Source: the human T2T-CHM13v2.0 reference genome, Homo sapiens. Taken from it: 64,000 bases of DNA. Shown here piece after piece: positions 60,036 to 64,000 of the stretch. The stretch is from the NCBI RefSeq assembly GCF_009914755.1, contig NC_060926.1, one strand, 5' to 3'. Numbering within the stretch: position 1 is the stretch's first letter; every line of letters begins with the position of its first letter. A program made the translations under genes and the position numbers. Under the pieces are notes generated by a model. The model was not told where the DNA came from and made no database searches. It was given only the letters and a program-made list of their open reading frames with translations.

Positions 60036-60330
60036 GGCCGGGCGCGGTGGCTCACGCCTGTAATCCCAGCACTTTGGGGCGCTGAGGCGGGTGGATCGTG
60101 AGGTCAGGAGATCGAGACCATCCTGGCTAACACGGTGAAACCCCGTCTCTACTAAAAACACAAAACATTAGCCGGACGTGGTGGCGGGCACCTGTAATCC
60201 AAGCTACTCAGGAGGCTGAGGCAGGAGGATGGCGTGAACCCGGGAGGCGGAGCTTGCAGTGAGCTGCACTCCAGCCTGGGCGACAGAGCCAGACTCCGTC
60301 TCAAAAAACAAAAAAAAAGAAAAAAAGAAA
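60036..60330 (+). mobile_element. AluY with a short right-arm deletion
   Basis: AluY diagnostics. Reads gtgagctgcactcc, lacking the gagatcgcgcca segment. aagaaa(a)tcct flanks both ends. Confidence 0.95.
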
Positions 60331-60965
60331 ATCCTTAAAAAAATCAGAGATTAACGGGGATGACAGAAAAACTAGGACACAGTGTTGCCTGCTATGCATG
60401 GGAACGTTAGCAGAACACTCTGGGAGGCCCAGAGGAACAGTGTATATTGGATTTGGGGTGGCATCACTTTCTCAGGGGAGTGTTGTGTGGATTGAGTCTT
60501 CAGGGACTAGTACTTGCCAGCTAGACAAATTGGTGCATACTGGGGCTGGAGAAGCAGCCCATGGGACCACAGGAAAAGCAGCAGCAGCTGGTGCACTGCA
60601 CTCTGGAAACTATACTACCCAAGGTCAGTCATGAGATGAGCTTGATGAAGTGAGAGAGAAGTGTCTAGAGGAAGGGTCAGTACTAAATCGCAAAGGCCTC
60701 ACATCATGATGAGTGACTGCAGCTTGATGAACAGATAGAGAAGTCTGCAAAAAAAGGTCAACAGAGAAATGGCATTATCAGATTGATTTTCCAGAAAGCT
60801 CCTACTAGTTGCCTCATTGTTGTTGAATATTTCCTACAATTGGAAACATTAAGGGCACATAAGGAGAGGCTTTGTGATGATGGCCCAAGGCTTTACCTGG
60901 GATTGACCATAGAAGGAAGGGTCAGAGGCTATGCTATATTTATGGCTAACAGCCTTGTATATCTT

Positions 60966-61267
<302 letters not shown>

Positions 61268-61384
61268 TAAACTAGAACAATAAAGTGAAGGATGTAACTT
61301 TTTTTTGTTTGGTTATTTCTTCCTTGTAAGCTTGGACACAAACTAAAATGGCTCATGAGTACAGCTGGAAGTTAACTCAAGTTA

Positions 61385-61608
61385 GAGGTCTGCAAATTAT
61401 GGCCCCTGGACTACACCTAGTCCACTATCTTATTCTGTAAATAGAGTTTTGTCGGAAACAACCCAGTCACATTAAAACCAAAGCTTATTCTTCTATGAAT
61501 TGTCTGTGGCTGATTTTGTACAACAGCAGAAAATCACAAAAGAGACCATAAGGCATGCAAAGAAGAAAATACAGTCTAGCCCCATATAGATAAAGCTTGC
61601 CAACCCTT
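61385..61608. mobile_element. MER58A-like hAT MITE
   Basis: Terminal inverted repeat-like ends gaggtctgcaaatt / agcttgccaaccct, and an internal tgtaaatagagttttgtcggaa. Confidence 0.7.
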
Positions 61609-61739
61609 CATTTAAGAGATCACTCAGTGCAGATCGTGTATTTTTTCCCACATATTTCCATCTTTTTTGCTCTTTATTGTTTCTTACACCTTAGATGCAC
61701 CTGGAATCATTTTCTCTCTGTCTACAGTTCATCTCTTAG

Positions 61740-63090
61740 AATGACTTTAGTGAAAGTTGTCACAAAGACCCCTCTCAACATTGTTGCTCTGAAAAAGTCC
61801 GTTTTTATCAGCATTCCTGAAATGTTCTCTAGATTATAATCATTCTCTTTTAGTGCATTAAAGAGATTATTCCACTATTGACTGTCTGACTTTGTTGCTG
61901 TTGAGAAGTTAGCCATCAGTCAAATTCTTGCTCCTTTGAGGGTGATATTTTGTTGCTGTTCTTCACCTGTGGCCTTTCTTAAGATTTTTTTCTCAGTCTT
62001 TTTTTCCCCCAGCAGTTTCAATGTAACATATTTAGTTGCAGATTTCTTTTTAATTATCTTGCATGGGATTTGTGAGCTTCTTGAATCTGCAGATTACTGT
62101 CTTTCAGATCTAGAAAATTGTCAATCACAATCTTTTCAGATATATCAGCTGTCCTCCAGTCTCTCCTCTCCATCTGGGACTCGGATTACATTTCCTAAAT
62201 CTTGTGTTGGTGTCATTCATGGTTAGTAATCTCTCTCATGTATAGTCCATCATGGGTCTTTTAAAATTAAACTCAAGATAATTGTTTGCAAGCTATCTTC
62301 TCAGATACAAAGTCTGTCTTTAGCTGTCTTCAGTTTGTTGTTAAGTCTGCTCACAGAGATCTTAATTTCTATGATATATTTTTCCAGAAGATTTTTTAAA
62401 CCTTCTATGTCTGTTTCTATGGTTCCCTGTCCTCTGCAGATATCTTTTAGTTGGTCCTTCATTTATTTACACCTTTCAGTGTAGTTGTTTTATAATCAGT
62501 ATCTAATTACTTATTAATAAATATCTGATGTCTTTACCTTTTGCTGTGGTTCCGTTTTCCATTTCTGTCCTTTTCTACTTGTTCTCATAGTCTAGCACCT
62601 TGTTGTCATTTTTGACATGATGAATATTCTTTTTGAAAAAAAAAATTTAGAACTAATTGACAAACATTTTTCAAAGAGAATGTTCATTGCTGCATCAAGT
62701 TCAAGACGTGGTACAGAAAATACATGACTAATTCTACCGAGGTTCTACCACTTCCATTCACCCTTTGCCTGAGGGCAAACTCTTTAGGGTCTCAGTTTAT
62801 CAAGAAGGAGTCTTATTAGACTTCCAATTTTAGGTGAATTCTGCATTAGATTTTGATTCCATTCCCAGAAGGCCTCTGCTAGGAAATCAAATACCTTCAG
62901 GGAAAAATCCGCTTTTGTACCAAGATAAATTTCCAAGTTTTCATTATTCCTTCTTTTCAGGCCTCAAAATGTCTTATTGTCTTGTTGTCTGTGTGATGCT
63001 TTTAAGAAATTATTTTGTAATATTTTTATCAGCTTTTTTAGTTGTTTTCAACAGGCCAGAATGTCCCTGTAAGCAGACCCTCCCATTACT
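61740..63090 (-). mobile_element. Old L1M ORF1/5' region relic
   Basis: ttgttgctgttgagaagttagccatcagtc...gggatttgtgagcttcttgaatctg is antisense L1ME ORF1-like. Confidence 0.6.
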
Positions 63091-63599
63091 ATAAACAGTA
63101 AGCCTTCTGAACAGGCATTTTAACAGTAAGAGTATTAGGTTAAGTAAGGTCTTAAATAAAAACCTTCCTGCTAAGGTCTTTGCTTCCTCTGCTGCCTTTG
63201 TGAGCCAAGGGGAGGTTTCTCACTCTTTAAAACTCCTGTGGGCTTAAAGGAAGGTAGCCAGGCTTCGTGCTCTTTTAGCTCCAAACTGGTACAAAGTCTG
63301 TGTTAAAATAGCCAGTCGAGGCCATTTTTGTCTACATGGAACTATGGTTATGGCATGTAACCAGAATGCTAAAAACTCTTTGCTGGTAACATTGTAGACT
63401 GCAAAAATGGCAACTTGGCAGCTTTTTGAAAAATGATGTGGAGTCGATTTCTTCACCCTTTCATTCTGGACTGCTTTGCATATTACTTGGTTAATACAAT
63501 GCTACAGAAAGGATGTTGGATATAATCTGAGTAGTCTCAAGAATTTTGAGGTATATCCACTCTTACTTTTGGAACTCTGTGAACTTCACATCTAATAAA

Positions 63600-63850
63600 T
63601 TACTGGACGATTTGAGTCCATATGGAAAGGTGCCCTACTCATTCCAGCCAGTGAACCTACCAGCTAACTACAGATGCATGAGCAATCTCGCTTTAGATCA
63701 ACTGAGAGGAACCAGTGTGGCCCAGACTAGAACCACTCAGTGAAATTCACACCAGATTGCCAACCTAGGAATTCGTGAGCTAAATAACTGGTTATTGTTT
63801 TAAGCTACTAAATGTAGAAGAGGTTAGGTTTGCAGAAAAACTCAACACCT
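63600..63850 (+). mobile_element. MLT1-type MaLR LTR 3' part
   Basis: ccagctaactacagatgcatgag...gtgagctaaataactggttattgttttaagctactaa. Confidence 0.65.
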
Positions 63851-64000
63851 AGAGCTATATTACTTTATTTAAATTGTTCTTCTTAAAATTAAATCTCTCT
63901 CAGTTATCAAATCAATGAGCATTTTTCAGTCCTTATCTAATGAGACTATTTTACAGTATCTGACAGTATTGATTATTCGTAAACAATCTATACTCTTTTA

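Overview
This is primate (human-like), AT-rich, gene-poor genomic DNA. I found no supportable protein-coding exon, RNA gene or CpG island. A large part of it is transposon-derived: degenerate L1s of several ages (L1PB, L1MA, L1MB, L1PA, L1ME-like), about 18 Alu/FRAM copies (many with visible target-site duplications, TSDs), MaLR/ERV solo LTRs, and MIR, L2 and MER5/MER58 relics. The ORFs in the track are L1/Alu/LTR fragments or chance ORFs. I do not see a new biological system. The notable signals are fossil rearrangements. (1) A YBX1 retrocopy in which exon-1 coding sequence is joined directly to the far 3' UTR. (2) A templated-insertion cluster at 20.46-21.86 kb, with three inverted local copies. 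(3) A head-to-head AluY pair 30 bp apart that shares non-consensus variants. (4) A TSD-bounded L1MA that keeps both ends but lacks most of its interior. (5) Two twin-primed, 5'-inverted L1s. Repeat subfamily names and the YBX1 match come from recalled consensus/mRNA sequences and need RepeatMasker/BLAST confirmation.
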